From a bacterium (lineage in GTDB: Bacteria > Patescibacteriota > Minisyncoccia > Phycocordibacterales > Zambryskibacteraceae): 64,000 bases of DNA. Below are positions 18,456 through 29,067 of the stretch, one piece after another. Under the pieces are notes generated by a model. It worked only from the letters and a program-made list of their open reading frames with translations, was not told the DNA's origin and did not search any database. A program made the translations under genes and the position numbers. Within the stretch, counting starts at the first letter, position 1; each line of letters begins with the position of its first letter. Location of the stretch: NCBI GenBank assembly GCA_030649135.1, contig JAUSGI010000005.1:1-64000 (forward strand), read 5' to 3'.

Positions 18456-18825
18456 TACCAACTTTGCCCATGAGACCGAAGGACGGCCAGACTATGCATT
18501 CTTCTTCAAGAATCATCCAGCAAGCCTGAACCCCCGGGGTGTAATCCCCCAGATGCCAGGTACCAGAGACGCCGATCTCGTAATAACCATAGAGAATAGT
18601 GGAGTAAGGGGAATAGACCATGGGGCCGGTAATCACTACCGGCCCACCCAAGTAAAGCGGAGAAAACCATATCCACATAAAACCGACGGTACAGGTGCAC
18701 TCCATTTCGAAAGAAACGACGCCACCGAAAGGCAGTAACCCTTGAGCCTTAGCTGGCGAGGTTGGCAAAAACAACCCTACGAGAGTGAGAGAAATGACGA
18801 GTGTAATTAGTTGCTTCCTTTTCAT
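18433..18825 (-). CDS. hypothetical secreted protein
   Basis: 130 aa; signal peptide (LITLVISLTLVGLFLPTSPAKA); Cys/Trp/Tyr-rich. Confidence 0.45.
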   Translation of the reverse strand: MKRKQLITLVISLTLVGLFLPTSPAKAQGLLPFGGVVSFEMECTCTVGFMWIWFSPLYLGGPVVITGPMVYSPYSTILYGYYEIGVSGTWHLGDYTPGVQACWMILEEECIVWPSFGLMGKVGTNQSTGG

Positions 18826-19817
18826 ATTATTATTTCGAGCTTATACGGTTCCCTATTGATACCGTGTTCGTTCTTAACGTAAATCCAGAGCGGTGCTTGA
18901 TAACCGCCACGGGTAAACTGCTTGATTTTATCGTACATGGAAAGCTCTGTGATGCGGAAAGTTAGAGTAGCGCCATTGGAAGATACCGGACCGGATAAAT
19001 TACCGAGAGTGGTAATGATTTTGTTCGCGGCGGTAAAACCACTACCAACGAGAGTGACCGTCCCATCCATAGCAGAAGCACTTTCTATTGTTGGCCCCGG
19101 CTGGGGTTGACTTGTAACCTTGATGGCAATTTTAATCGCGGGGTTATCAGAAGAGCCTAATGTGTTGGACACAGAGAGTCTGTATTCGCCCTCGGAAAGA
19201 CCGGCGGGTACAAACATTTCGATATTAGTGCCATCCGTGGATACGGCGGTAGCGAGCTGGCTACCGTTAAAATAAATTTTATTGAGAGTTTTGCTGAAGC
19301 CGGAACCGTCAAGCACAAGGGTGTCGCCAGACCGCACCTCAAATGGCGAGGCGCGGAAAAGCATCACCTGGTCAACTCTCATACCGGGCGCGGCAAGAGT
19401 GTCGGCTTCAACGCTCGGCAAGAAACTGAACGAGGTGGGCACCACGGGCACGGGCGCTGGATTTACGGGAGTAGCGGCAACCGGCGCCGATGTGGTCAGC
19501 TTAGTATTAAAAGCTTGGCGCGAAATCGGACCGAAGTAACCAACTGCCGGAGCAATACCGTGAGCACTCTGCCATCCTGCTACCGCTCCTCTAGTCAAAT
19601 AACCGAAATAACCATAAGAGACGCCCGCCGGCATCTGTAGGTAACCTTTTACTACGAGAAACTGCTGGAGAAGAACGACATCAGCGCCCCTGCTTCCAAT
19701 GGTTAGGTTGGTAGTAAACGTCTCGGCATCTACTGGAGTCGCCAGAACGCCGAGAGCCAATATTATGGCAAGTAGAACCGAGGGAAAAAAGAATCGCATA
19801 TCCTCAATTATACACAA
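18822..19817 (-). CDS. secreted protein with peptidoglycan-binding-like domain
   Basis: 331 aa; signal peptide; GSRGADVVLLQQFLVVKGYL... resembles a PG_binding_1 domain; Ig-like C-terminal region. Confidence 0.55.
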   Translation of the reverse strand: MCIIEDMRFFFPSVLLAIILALGVLATPVDAETFTTNLTIGSRGADVVLLQQFLVVKGYLQMPAGVSYGYFGYLTRGAVAGWQSAHGIAPAVGYFGPISRQAFNTKLTTSAPVAATPVNPAPVPVVPTSFSFLPSVEADTLAAPGMRVDQVMLFRASPFEVRSGDTLVLDGSGFSKTLNKIYFNGSQLATAVSTDGTNIEMFVPAGLSEGEYRLSVSNTLGSSDNPAIKIAIKVTSQPQPGPTIESASAMDGTVTLVGSGFTAANKIITTLGNLSGPVSSNGATLTFRITELSMYDKIKQFTRGGYQAPLWIYVKNEHGINREPYKLEIII

Positions 19818-19850
19818 AAAGTTGCGGTATCTTCTGATATACTAAAAGCA

Positions 19851-20639
19851 ATGTCGCGAATCCCGTTTATCAGCGCGCTCTCCATTTCTGTCGCTCTTAT
19901 TGGTGGAGCGCTGTGGGTTAGATTCTTCCCGACCAACCTACCGCCCGCTCAAATAGCCTCCGTTCCGGCAAGCGGGCAACTTTCATCTGCAGATACTTTC
20001 GTGGAAGACTTTTATGATGCCGGGGCTTCTCTACCCAGGGCATCAACCAGTACACTATCCCAAGCAGACTTGCTTGGCCGGCGACTGTTTACAGATTTTA
20101 TGTCGCTTAAATCGCAAGGCCAGACCTCTTCAGACAATATTACCGCTTTAGCCGATAAATATGCGGAGAGTATCAAGAATACCGAAATATCGACACCTAA
20201 AGTAAACCTAAGCCAAATTGTCGTCATTCCTAATTCTGTGGAAAATCTGACCAGTTATGGCAACTCCATGATAAATATCCGTAATAGGTATAAAAACCTT
20301 GTAGCTGCCCAAGATAACGGTGGAAATATTGCGGACATTACCGGCCCAGCCTTCTCGACCTTTATGGGCTCGGTTGGAAAGTTATACCAAGCATCAGCCA
20401 ATGAGCTTCTGACCATCGAAGTACCCGAGTCACTTGTTTCAAACCACATGGCCATCATCAATAGCTATCTGGAAAGCGCTAAGGTCATGAAATTACTAAG
20501 CGACACCGCTAAAGACCCGTTGCAAGCATATGCGGCGCTAAACATTTATGCCCAGAACACCGGACAGGAATCCGAGTTTCTGCTGAACATTCAAAAAACC
20601 CTAATGGCCAATGGTATAATTTCTGGTAGCAGCATATGA
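19851..20639 (+). CDS. hypothetical secreted protein (first gene of the T4SS-like cluster)
   Basis: 262 aa; N-terminal signal/TM segment. Confidence 0.5.
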   Translation: MSRIPFISALSISVALIGGALWVRFFPTNLPPAQIASVPASGQLSSADTFVEDFYDAGASLPRASTSTLSQADLLGRRLFTDFMSLKSQGQTSSDNITALADKYAESIKNTEISTPKVNLSQIVVIPNSVENLTSYGNSMINIRNRYKNLVAAQDNGGNIADITGPAFSTFMGSVGKLYQASANELLTIEVPESLVSNHMAIINSYLESAKVMKLLSDTAKDPLQAYAALNIYAQNTGQESEFLLNIQKTLMANGIISGSSI

Positions 20640-22015
20640 ACTACCGCAATCATATCTTAGCTATTGGCTTCATTGTCCTTGCGCTCATCTCTGTCTTACC
20701 CAATAGAGTCATGGCGGTAGATTCTGTCTCCCCGATCCCGGTTGCAGATTCTATCGTGCGGGACAAAGAAGCGGGGTTAACTATTTTCGGCTATACCATC
20801 CCGGGTCTAACTTGGGATAGTATAGCCATAGCTCTAGCGAAAGTAGTATTGGAAAAAATATTCCAAGCTACCACAGATTGGGTTAAAAGCGGCTTTGAAG
20901 GCAATCCGGCTTATGCGACCGACCCGGCACAATTTTTCACCAATATTGCAGACGGTATTGCGGGAGACTTTATCGGGGGTTCGGATCTTGCGTTCTTATG
21001 TTCGCCGTTTCAGGTGAAAATCAGACTTGCTCTGCAGAGATACCATACTCAAAGGCGGCAATTCCAGTGTACTTTGACAGGCATAGTAAAGAATATGGAC
21101 GCTTTCTATAACGACTTCAGCCAAGGGGGGTGGAACGGATGGTTCTCTATGACTCAAAACGATAATAATAACCCTTATGGATCCTTTCTTAAGGCGCAAG
21201 TTGAACTCGACTATCGTATCGCAAAAGCCCTGAGTATTAAGGATAAACAACTTAGTTGGGATAGCGGGTTCTTAGGCTGGTCTGAATGTATCAGAAAAGA
21301 TGACGAAAATGGGGAATGTTATGAACGCGGACCAACAAAAACGCCAGGGAAAGTCATTGAGAGTCAGTTCAACGGTAACCTAGGAAGCGCAGTGAGACAA
21401 CTTGAGCTCGCAGACGAATTTGATGAATTGCTTACTGCTTTGGCCGCACAGCTCTTGAAACAGGCCGTAGATGCTGTATTTACTAAAAAAGGTCTCTTCA
21501 ATGAAGGAGGTGGTCCTCCTCCGGTTCCTGTAGCTTTAGGCATTTCTAAATTAGGTACCGGCGCAGGTACCGTGACCTCAAACCCTGGGGGGATAAACTG
21601 CGGCTCGGCATGCTTTGACACCTACAGACTCGGCGCATCAGTCACTCTTACAGCAATACCATCTGCTGGCTCAATCTTTAGTGGTTGGCCGGGAGCATGC
21701 TTCGGCCTAGGCACTTGTGAGGTAACCATGAATACAGATAGGGACATAACGGCCATGTTTGATTTGAGTATGGCCCTAAGTATTGTCAGATCCGGCACCG
21801 GTTCAGGCACGGTAACTTCAGTCCCCGCAGGTATTAATTGTGGCCTTGCCTGTCGAGCCATTTATCCAGCCGATTCATCAGTCATTATCACTGCCGCGCC
21901 AGCTTCCGGCTCGACCTTTGTCAACTGGTCTGGGGGAGGATGCCGCGACGTAGGGCGCACTTGTGTGGTGCGCATGAGCGTGGACAGAGATATAACGGCC
22001 GAATTCGCTAGATGA
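20636..22015 (+). CDS. secreted protein with two C-terminal InlB-B-repeat-like domains
   Basis: 459 aa; signal peptide; tandem about 75-aa repeats GTGAGTVTSNPGGINCGSAC...SGWPGAC..C.V.M..DRDITA.F. Confidence 0.55.
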   Translation: MNYRNHILAIGFIVLALISVLPNRVMAVDSVSPIPVADSIVRDKEAGLTIFGYTIPGLTWDSIAIALAKVVLEKIFQATTDWVKSGFEGNPAYATDPAQFFTNIADGIAGDFIGGSDLAFLCSPFQVKIRLALQRYHTQRRQFQCTLTGIVKNMDAFYNDFSQGGWNGWFSMTQNDNNNPYGSFLKAQVELDYRIAKALSIKDKQLSWDSGFLGWSECIRKDDENGECYERGPTKTPGKVIESQFNGNLGSAVRQLELADEFDELLTALAAQLLKQAVDAVFTKKGLFNEGGGPPPVPVALGISKLGTGAGTVTSNPGGINCGSACFDTYRLGASVTLTAIPSAGSIFSGWPGACFGLGTCEVTMNTDRDITAMFDLSMALSIVRSGTGSGTVTSVPAGINCGLACRAIYPADSSVIITAAPASGSTFVNWSGGGCRDVGRTCVVRMSVDRDITAEFAR

Positions 22016-24189
22016 AAAAATACTTTCCACATATTTCCGCTTTCATTCTCACCTTAGTACTTGTCTTCGCGATGAGTGGATTTCTTTTTCCTCAAATTGT
22101 GCACGCCGGCGTTTGGGATGTTTTGGAGTGTACAGTATCTCCTTTGGATTGTGCACTAAGAAATTTCGTTAGTTTTGTAGTGGGTATGATTTTAAAATTG
22201 GTTAGTTTGCTCACTGGTTTGGCTGGTATTATTTTGAACGGAGTTATCTTCTATACAGTTGTTGACGTATCTAACAACTATGCCAAGATTCCGGCCATTA
22301 GCAAAGCTTGGGAAGTCATTCGAGACGTTGCCAATATGGGTTTCATTTTTGTCTTGCTTTACGCGGCCATAAAAACAATATTGGGTATCGGTAGTGATGT
22401 CAAAAAACTTATCGTCAACATTATTGTGGTCGCAATCCTCATAAACTTCAGCCTCTTCTTCACCAAAATAGTCATAGATATATCCAACATTTTAGCTCTA
22501 TTCTTCTATGAGGCCATAGCACCGGGAGCCCTGGAGTCTACAAATATCTTAGAGCAGGCCGGCCTTTCAAATGCTTTTATGCAATACCTGAGTCTTCAGA
22601 GTCTTTACAAAGTTGCCGAGATTAAAGGCTTAATGCCTATAATCACTATAGGCATAATGGGCTCCATCATGCTTCTTATTGCCTCTTTCATCTTTTTCGC
22701 CGTAGCAATTATGTTTATCATCCGCTATGTCGTTCTGATTTTAGTGCTCATCCTCTCTCCCATAGCATTTATGTCATTTGTCCTGCCTGAACTCAAAAAA
22801 TATAGAGACCAGTGGTGGAATGCTCTGTCTGGTCAGGCATTCTTCGCACCCATATACTTCATGCTTACTTGGGTAACCCTTGTTGTATTGGGAGGTGTTA
22901 TAAAGGCAAGCTCGTTTGGCGAAGTGGATAAAACAACAGATGCCCTAGGTAATCTAGTCCTGACGGATAATGGGTTAACCTCCCTGTCGGGTGGAGCTTT
23001 CGCCATGTTCATAAACTTCGTCGTTATTATTGTCTTTCTCATTACTTCTCTCATCATCGCCAAAGAATGGTCCAATAAAGCCGGTCCGGGGGTATCGGGT
23101 CTCACCAAGTGGGCCATGGGCGCCGCCGGCGGGGCGACACTTGGTATGGCGGGTAGGTTTGGGAGGGGAACAATTGGTAGGGCGGGAAGTGCCTTGGGAG
23201 AGAGTGAGGAACTGAAGGCGCGGGCAGCACAGGGAGGTATGGGAGGCATGGCAGCTCGATTAGCTTTGGCAACTGGACGAAGAACTGGTAAAGCAAGTTT
23301 TGATGTACGAGGTACTCCTATCGGAGGACAATTAGACGCCGGCAAAGCTCAGAAAGGTGGATTTGCCCAAGTCCTGAAAGACAGAAATAAAAAAGAGAAA
23401 GAATTTGCGGATTCTCTTGGCCCGTCAGATGCACTCATTGCTGAGAAAGAAAGAGCGATGGAACGAATTGCTGCTACTGAAAGAGCGGCAGGAAGAAGAC
23501 CGGAAGGAAGTACTGAGTGGTTAGCGGCTCGTGGAGAGGTTGACAAAATGAAAGGTGTAGATGAAAAAGAGGCAATCAAAAGAATAAGAGACGAGGCAAG
23601 AAGAGTGGGAGAAGAAATGTCTGAAGAAGAAGCTAGGAGAGTAGTAAATGAAGATAGGGACAGATTTGTTATAAAATCTATAAAAGACGAGCGCAAAGAA
23701 GAACGCGTAGAAAGTTTGGAAAGAAGCCCAACTTATATGGCCGCAGAAACCCTTGAGGCGGGTGGCAGAAGGATTGCTGAAACAAGGCCCGCACAAGCCA
23801 TAACCAGAGCAGCGGGTAGAACAGCCCAACTGCTTACTGGAGCTGGGGAGAAGGCAAGTGGAGCAATCGCAAATGTTACCGATATGAGGGGCTTGAGAAC
23901 GGTGGGAAGATGGGCTGGTGGGGCGGTCAGAGGTGTAATCAACGCCCCGGCTGAAGCAACGCGTACGGCAGTAGGAGCTGTACGCGAAATTCCTAATATG
24001 ATTAAAGCCAAGAATCGTGCAGCTATTGCAGAAATCAGAAAAGGCAAAAAACCAGTCAAGGATCAACTACAGGAAATATTAGAAGCGGAAGGCGAACGCC
24101 CAACAGGCGGAGCAGGTGCAACGCCAACAGGAAATGTACCAACCGGAGATGCGACCGCAACACCCGGAGGAACACCTCCTACGGCATAA
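22012..24189 (+). CDS. VirB6/TrbL-like polytopic membrane protein with long charged C-terminal extension
   Basis: 725 aa; about 7 predicted TM helices in the first ~350 aa, then a Gly-rich and Arg/Glu-rich coiled-coil tail. This layout is typical of T4SS VirB6/TrbL proteins. Confidence 0.55.
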   Translation: MKKYFPHISAFILTLVLVFAMSGFLFPQIVHAGVWDVLECTVSPLDCALRNFVSFVVGMILKLVSLLTGLAGIILNGVIFYTVVDVSNNYAKIPAISKAWEVIRDVANMGFIFVLLYAAIKTILGIGSDVKKLIVNIIVVAILINFSLFFTKIVIDISNILALFFYEAIAPGALESTNILEQAGLSNAFMQYLSLQSLYKVAEIKGLMPIITIGIMGSIMLLIASFIFFAVAIMFIIRYVVLILVLILSPIAFMSFVLPELKKYRDQWWNALSGQAFFAPIYFMLTWVTLVVLGGVIKASSFGEVDKTTDALGNLVLTDNGLTSLSGGAFAMFINFVVIIVFLITSLIIAKEWSNKAGPGVSGLTKWAMGAAGGATLGMAGRFGRGTIGRAGSALGESEELKARAAQGGMGGMAARLALATGRRTGKASFDVRGTPIGGQLDAGKAQKGGFAQVLKDRNKKEKEFADSLGPSDALIAEKERAMERIAATERAAGRRPEGSTEWLAARGEVDKMKGVDEKEAIKRIRDEARRVGEEMSEEEARRVVNEDRDRFVIKSIKDERKEERVESLERSPTYMAAETLEAGGRRIAETRPAQAITRAAGRTAQLLTGAGEKASGAIANVTDMRGLRTVGRWAGGAVRGVINAPAEATRTAVGAVREIPNMIKAKNRAAIAEIRKGKKPVKDQLQEILEAEGERPTGGAGATPTGNVPTGDATATPGGTPPTA

Positions 24190-24202
24190 CAAATCAATTA
24201 TT

Positions 24203-25096
24203 ATGGAGGAAGATAAAATCTTACAGGAACAAATAAAAAATGCCCCGACGGAAATAAAAAACCTCCTGACAAAAGGGGACTGGTCTATTGTGGTTAGCCA
24301 GATATCCCGAAAGAATAATTTCTCTCATGAGCAGACAGTAGCCCTCGAAAATGAAGTGTTATTCGTGTTACTTAGCATGGAGCTCTCCAAAGATTTGGTG
24401 AGAAATATGCAGGATGTGTTAGAAGTTCAGGAGAGTGTCTCACAAGAAATCGCACGAGAGGTTAATGAAAAAATATTCAAGGAAGTAGAACCGTTTCTCC
24501 CGACATCGTCGGAAGATTCGAACTTAATCGAAAGTCTGCATGATGAAAATAGCGCGGAGAATATTCGTCAGATTTTGAAAGCCAATACCGGAGAAGACAG
24601 AGACAAACTGATAGCAAACCAACTCAAGAAACTGCCGGAAGCACTCCAGCAAGCTATTCGAGTGGTACCTTGGAAATCTGTGGTCAAGGAGATTGCCCTT
24701 CTCAATAAACTGGACCTCGCTCAAATTGTGGCAGTCGAGAGGGAAACTATGTTCGTCATTTACGGCTTTGAGGACGAGAAAAACTATCTCTCCAACGTCA
24801 TGAGAGAGGCGAAACTTGATGAAGCAATGGCCACCACCATCACTGCCGCCCTGAACGAAAGGGTATTTAAAGTCATAGTCAACAAAGTCAACGAATCTGG
24901 ACCCGCATCGCAAAATGCCGCCACCAACGTGCCGGAAATTCCTCCGGCTAACCTGCCCATGATTGAAAAGGGAGAAGTAGTGCATGATGCGGCGCCAACG
25001 GTCACGAAAGAGATAAAAATTGAAAAGTCGAAAGTCTCTTTGCCAGACTATCGTTATCCTAATGGTAAAGACCCATATCGCGAACCGTTGGTATAA
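24203..25096 (+). CDS. hypothetical protein (T4SS-like cluster)
   Basis: About 297 aa from MEEDKIL; the ORF-track start at 24116 overlaps the previous gene by 74 nt. No TM segment; helical. Confidence 0.45.
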   Translation: MEEDKILQEQIKNAPTEIKNLLTKGDWSIVVSQISRKNNFSHEQTVALENEVLFVLLSMELSKDLVRNMQDVLEVQESVSQEIAREVNEKIFKEVEPFLPTSSEDSNLIESLHDENSAENIRQILKANTGEDRDKLIANQLKKLPEALQQAIRVVPWKSVVKEIALLNKLDLAQIVAVERETMFVIYGFEDEKNYLSNVMREAKLDEAMATTITAALNERVFKVIVNKVNESGPASQNAATNVPEIPPANLPMIEKGEVVHDAAPTVTKEIKIEKSKVSLPDYRYPNGKDPYREPLV

Positions 25097-25108
25097 AATA
25101 AAAACACA

Positions 25109-25549
25109 ATGCGTTTCCAAGTTCCTCAATTCATAGAAATAGAAGACAAGATTTTCGGCCCTTTGACTTTCAAACAGTTCATTTACATTGCGGGTGGAGT
25201 GGGTGTTGCTGTCATGCTTTTTGTCTTCCTGCCGAAATTTTTGGCCGCTCTCGTTGCTCTGCCGGTGGTGCTCTTCGGCGCAGCATTGGCTTTTTACAGA
25301 CTCAACGGTAAACCCTTCGTGAACGTAGTCGAGGCTTTTGTGAAATACACCTTCACCAGCAAACTTTATATTTGGAAAAAGGAGGAAAAGCAAGTGATAA
25401 GCAATCAACCCCAAATGGACAGGAAACCGATTGAACAGGTGTATGTTCCAAAACTTTCCGGCTCAAAGCTGAAAGAACTTACTTGGAGCCTAGATATCAA
25501 AGAGGCTACCAATCCGGTAACCTCAAACGAGGACAAGTCTAGTGTATAA
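25109..25549 (+). CDS. small two-TM membrane protein (VirB3-like candidate)
   Basis: 146 aa; paired hydrophobic helices (FIYIAGGVGVAVMLFVFLP...LVALPVVLFGAALAFY). Confidence 0.4.
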   Translation: MRFQVPQFIEIEDKIFGPLTFKQFIYIAGGVGVAVMLFVFLPKFLAALVALPVVLFGAALAFYRLNGKPFVNVVEAFVKYTFTSKLYIWKKEEKQVISNQPQMDRKPIEQVYVPKLSGSKLKELTWSLDIKEATNPVTSNEDKSSV

Positions 25550-25556
25550 TTAGCAA

Positions 25557-26198
25557 ATGTCTCCGAGTACAAATGCTACTCAAGAATTTGTTCCCATCAA
25601 GGAAGTGCGCGACGGCGTCGTCCTACTGAAAGATGGCGGCATGCGTGCCATTCTCTTGTGTTCGTCTCTAAACTTCGCGCTTAAATCCGAGGATGAGAGG
25701 CAGGCTATTCTTCTGCAGTTCCAGGATTTTCTTAACTCCCTAGACTTCTCGATTGAGATAGTAGTGCAGTCGCGCAAACTCGATATCCGGCCATACATAG
25801 CGCTACTCGAAGGGCAAGAAAAAATACAAACCAACAGTCTGATGAAAATACAGGTTCGAGAGTATATTGAGTTTATCAAGAGTTTCACCGAAAACACGAA
25901 TATCATGACTAAAAACTTTTTCATTGTGGTGCCATACAGTCCGGCCATGTTGAATGCCCATAAATCAGGGGGTATCGTCTCGCGCCTTGGATTCGGTACC
26001 AAGAGAGAGCGCGCGGCCGCCACAGAAGCGGGATTTGACGAAAATCGTAGCCAACTGGAAGAGCGGCTATCGGTGGTTGAACAGGGACTTATCCGTACCG
26101 GTATCCGCGTGGTGCGCCTCGGCACGGAAGAAGTCATTGAACTTTTTTACAAGGCCTTTAATCCGGGGGAAACGGAAAAGCCACTAAAAGTGAGCTAG
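25557..26198 (+). CDS. hypothetical protein (T4SS-like cluster)
   Basis: 213 aa; no recognisable motif. Confidence 0.45.
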   Translation: MSPSTNATQEFVPIKEVRDGVVLLKDGGMRAILLCSSLNFALKSEDERQAILLQFQDFLNSLDFSIEIVVQSRKLDIRPYIALLEGQEKIQTNSLMKIQVREYIEFIKSFTENTNIMTKNFFIVVPYSPAMLNAHKSGGIVSRLGFGTKRERAAATEAGFDENRSQLEERLSVVEQGLIRTGIRVVRLGTEEVIELFYKAFNPGETEKPLKVS

Positions 26199-26245
26199 CT
26201 CACTTTTAGTGGCTTTATTCACAATAGATAATTAACAATTTACAA

Positions 26246-26605
26246 GTGAAACAATTCAATTTCTTGGATTGGCCGGTGTATAAAGATGCGCAAGAATTAG
26301 TCTCTTTTTCATTAGAAATAGTAAGGAAATTACCAAAAGAACACCGGTTTGAGTTAAGTTCACAATTGATTAGATCTAGTTCTTCAGTCGTTTTAAATAT
26401 AGCAGAGGGAAGCGGTAAGTCATCTAGGAGAGACTTTTCTCATTTTATTGATATAGCACTGGGTTCTCTCTATGAAACTGTTGCGAACATGGATATTCTA
26501 AAGACAAACCAGCTAATCAACAATACAGACTTTGAACTAGCCAAGGAAAAGGCTGCGAGTATCGCTAGACAACTAGGCGGCTTTAGGAAAAAGCTCAAAA
26601 CATGA
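26246..26605 (+). CDS. four-helix-bundle protein (23S rRNA intervening-sequence protein / Avd-like family)
   Basis: 119 aa; PKEHRFELSSQLIRSSSSVVLNIAEGSGKSSRRDFSHFIDIALGSLYET is the hallmark of the TIGR02436-type family. Confidence 0.8.
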   Translation: MKQFNFLDWPVYKDAQELVSFSLEIVRKLPKEHRFELSSQLIRSSSSVVLNIAEGSGKSSRRDFSHFIDIALGSLYETVANMDILKTNQLINNTDFELAKEKAASIARQLGGFRKKLKT

Positions 26606-26633
26606 CTCAAATTCACCTATTGTTTATTGTTCA

Positions 26634-28529
26634 TTGTTCATTGATAATTACTATATGAGTATTCTCGATAAATTATTTGGAAAGGGGGGAGCAAAAAAGC
26701 CGGATATTTCTTCTATCTTGCCTCAAGAAATTTTTGAAGCGGGGCTACTTGAACTCAAAGATATTATCGCGCCTTCCGCACTCAAGATTACCCCGAAAGA
26801 AATCAATCTGGGCGAGAAAATTTTACGAAGCTTCTTCGTAATTTCCTATCCGCGCTTTCTTTCTGAAGGATGGTTCTCGCCCATTATCAATATGGATAAG
26901 GTTTTCGATATTTCTATTTTTATTCACCCCATCGAAACTTCGAGGGTGTTACGCCAATTCCAAAGAAAGGTAGCCGAGGTTCAAAGCCAAATCCATAGCC
27001 GGGAAGAAAAGGGTTTGGTGCGTGACCCGATGCTTGACGTCGCTTACCAGGACCTTGAGAATTTGCGTGACCAACTCCAGCAAGCGCAAGAGAAACTCTT
27101 CGATGTCGGCCTCTATATAACCATCTATGGCGACAGCGACTCGGAACTTGATAAAGCGGAATCCGAAATCAAATCAATTCTTGAGGCCAAACTTATATAC
27201 GTCAAGCCCGCACTCTTTCAACAGGAACAGGGATATAAAAGCACTCTTCCTCTCGGCAACGACCTTCTGGAAGTGCACTCAAAATTGAATTCTTCTCCGC
27301 TCTCATCTCTCTTCCCATTTACTTCGTTTGACCTCACTTCCGACAAAGGCATTCTCTACGGCATCAATAGGCACAACTCGTCTCTGGTGCTTTTCGACCG
27401 CTTCTCGCTTGAAAATTATAATTCCATCATGTTCGCCAAATCCGGAGCCGGTAAATCTTATGCCACCAAACTCGAGATTTTGCGTACCCTGATGTTTGAT
27501 ACGGAGGTGATAGTGATAGACCCGGAGCGAGAGTACGAATATATGGCAGAAGCTACCGGAGGGAGATACTTCAAAATTTCTCTTAATTCCGAGCACCACA
27601 TTAACCCGTTTGATTTGCCCGTACCGGGGCCGGACGAAAGCGCCGCCAACGTGCTTCGCTCAAATATCATCAACTTAGTCGGCCTCTTTCGCCTGATGAT
27701 GGGCGGTCTCTCCGCGGAAGAGGATGCCATCATCGACCGAGCTATTACCGAAACTTATGCTCTAAAGGATATTACGGTGGAATCGGATTTTCGCACCATT
27801 GAGCCCCCACTCATGTCAGATTTTGAAATGGTACTCATCGGCATGGAAGGCGGCGAATCTCTAGCTCAACGTCTTTCCAAATATACCAAGGGCACTTGGT
27901 CAGGATTTATCAATAGACCTTCTAATGTCGATATCAACAGAAAATTCGTGGTCTTTTCACTGCGCGACATGGAAGATGAGCTTAAGCCCATCGCTATGTA
28001 CATTGTCACTCATTACATTTGGAATGCCATCCGCAAAGAACTAAAGAAGCGTCTACTTGTTATCGATGAGGCATGGTGGATGATGAAGTCGGAAGATACA
28101 GCTTCATTCCTCATGGGTCTGGTCAAGCGCGGCCGTAAATATTTCCTTGGAGTAGCCACCATTACCCAAGATGTCGGGGACTTCTTGAAAAGCCCCTACG
28201 GCTTGCCAATTATCACCAACTCCTCCATCCAGATTCTTTTGAAACAATCGCCGACAACTATAGGCGAACTCCAGAAAACTTTTAATCTTACAGATGAGGA
28301 GAAGTATCTCTTGCTCGAATCAGACAGGGGAGAGGGCATCTTCTTCGCCGGCCTCAAGCACGTGGCAATTAAAAATATTGCCTCATATACGGAAGACCAA
28401 ATTATCACTTCCGACCCATCTCAAGTTTTGGCCATCAAGAAAGCCAAACAAGACGCCATGGAAGATAAGGAGGTCGCCTTGAAAGCCGCGAGCGCTGAAT
28501 TGAAAGAAGCTGAAACAACAAACACATAA
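26634..28529 (+). CDS. VirB4/TrbE/TraC-like type IV secretion ATPase
   Basis: 631 aa; Walker A FAKSGAGKSYATK; Walker B/DEAW region (LLVIDEAWWMM) of VirB4-family ATPases. Confidence 0.8.
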   Translation: MFIDNYYMSILDKLFGKGGAKKPDISSILPQEIFEAGLLELKDIIAPSALKITPKEINLGEKILRSFFVISYPRFLSEGWFSPIINMDKVFDISIFIHPIETSRVLRQFQRKVAEVQSQIHSREEKGLVRDPMLDVAYQDLENLRDQLQQAQEKLFDVGLYITIYGDSDSELDKAESEIKSILEAKLIYVKPALFQQEQGYKSTLPLGNDLLEVHSKLNSSPLSSLFPFTSFDLTSDKGILYGINRHNSSLVLFDRFSLENYNSIMFAKSGAGKSYATKLEILRTLMFDTEVIVIDPEREYEYMAEATGGRYFKISLNSEHHINPFDLPVPGPDESAANVLRSNIINLVGLFRLMMGGLSAEEDAIIDRAITETYALKDITVESDFRTIEPPLMSDFEMVLIGMEGGESLAQRLSKYTKGTWSGFINRPSNVDINRKFVVFSLRDMEDELKPIAMYIVTHYIWNAIRKELKKRLLVIDEAWWMMKSEDTASFLMGLVKRGRKYFLGVATITQDVGDFLKSPYGLPIITNSSIQILLKQSPTTIGELQKTFNLTDEEKYLLLESDRGEGIFFAGLKHVAIKNIASYTEDQIITSDPSQVLAIKKAKQDAMEDKEVALKAASAELKEAETTNT

Positions 28530-29050
28530 TGCCAGAAGCAAATCAAATACTAGATTTCAATACTTTTCGACAAAGAAGACTGGCTAAAATCCAGAAAGAA
28601 ACTGCTGATATTACCCAAAAAATGGAGAAGAGAAATAGGGTTAAGACCTCAGATATCATTCTTATGGTGGGTACTGCTCTCTTTTTCGACAGTATTCAGG
28701 CTTTATTTCTCTTGATTCCATTTTTGGGATGGGCACTGTCTTCCTTAATCTCAATATATGCTTGGCTAACTTTTTACGTCTGGACGTCTGTTAAGGGATG
28801 GGGGGTAGTATCAGATACAGTCAAGAAAGCAATCGTCCCTAAAGGTAAAATCGTAAAATTTATTATTAAGTGGCTTACACCGTTAATAGAACTTATTCCG
28901 GTAGTAAACGTAATCCCAACTTGGACAGTTTCGATTATTCTGCAACTGTTACTTATTAAAGCCGAGGATGTCCTTTATAACACTACCGAAGGAAAGGTCG
29001 ACCTCGAAAAACTGGGAGAACTTTATAAACAATATAGAAAAGTTGCCTAG
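28529..29050 (+). CDS. hypothetical membrane protein (T4SS-like cluster)
   Basis: 173 aa with several hydrophobic helices. Confidence 0.45.
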   Translation: MPEANQILDFNTFRQRRLAKIQKETADITQKMEKRNRVKTSDIILMVGTALFFDSIQALFLLIPFLGWALSSLISIYAWLTFYVWTSVKGWGVVSDTVKKAIVPKGKIVKFIIKWLTPLIELIPVVNVIPTWTVSIILQLLLIKAEDVLYNTTEGKVDLEKLGELYKQYRKVA

Positions 29051-29067
29051 GGTATATAATAAGGAAA

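Noticed and set aside
22833-24066. Several minus-strand ORFs (108-181 aa) opposite the VirB6-like gene tail
   Set aside because: They are reverse frames of a Gly/Ala/Arg-rich coding region; Pro/Ala-rich products without start context.
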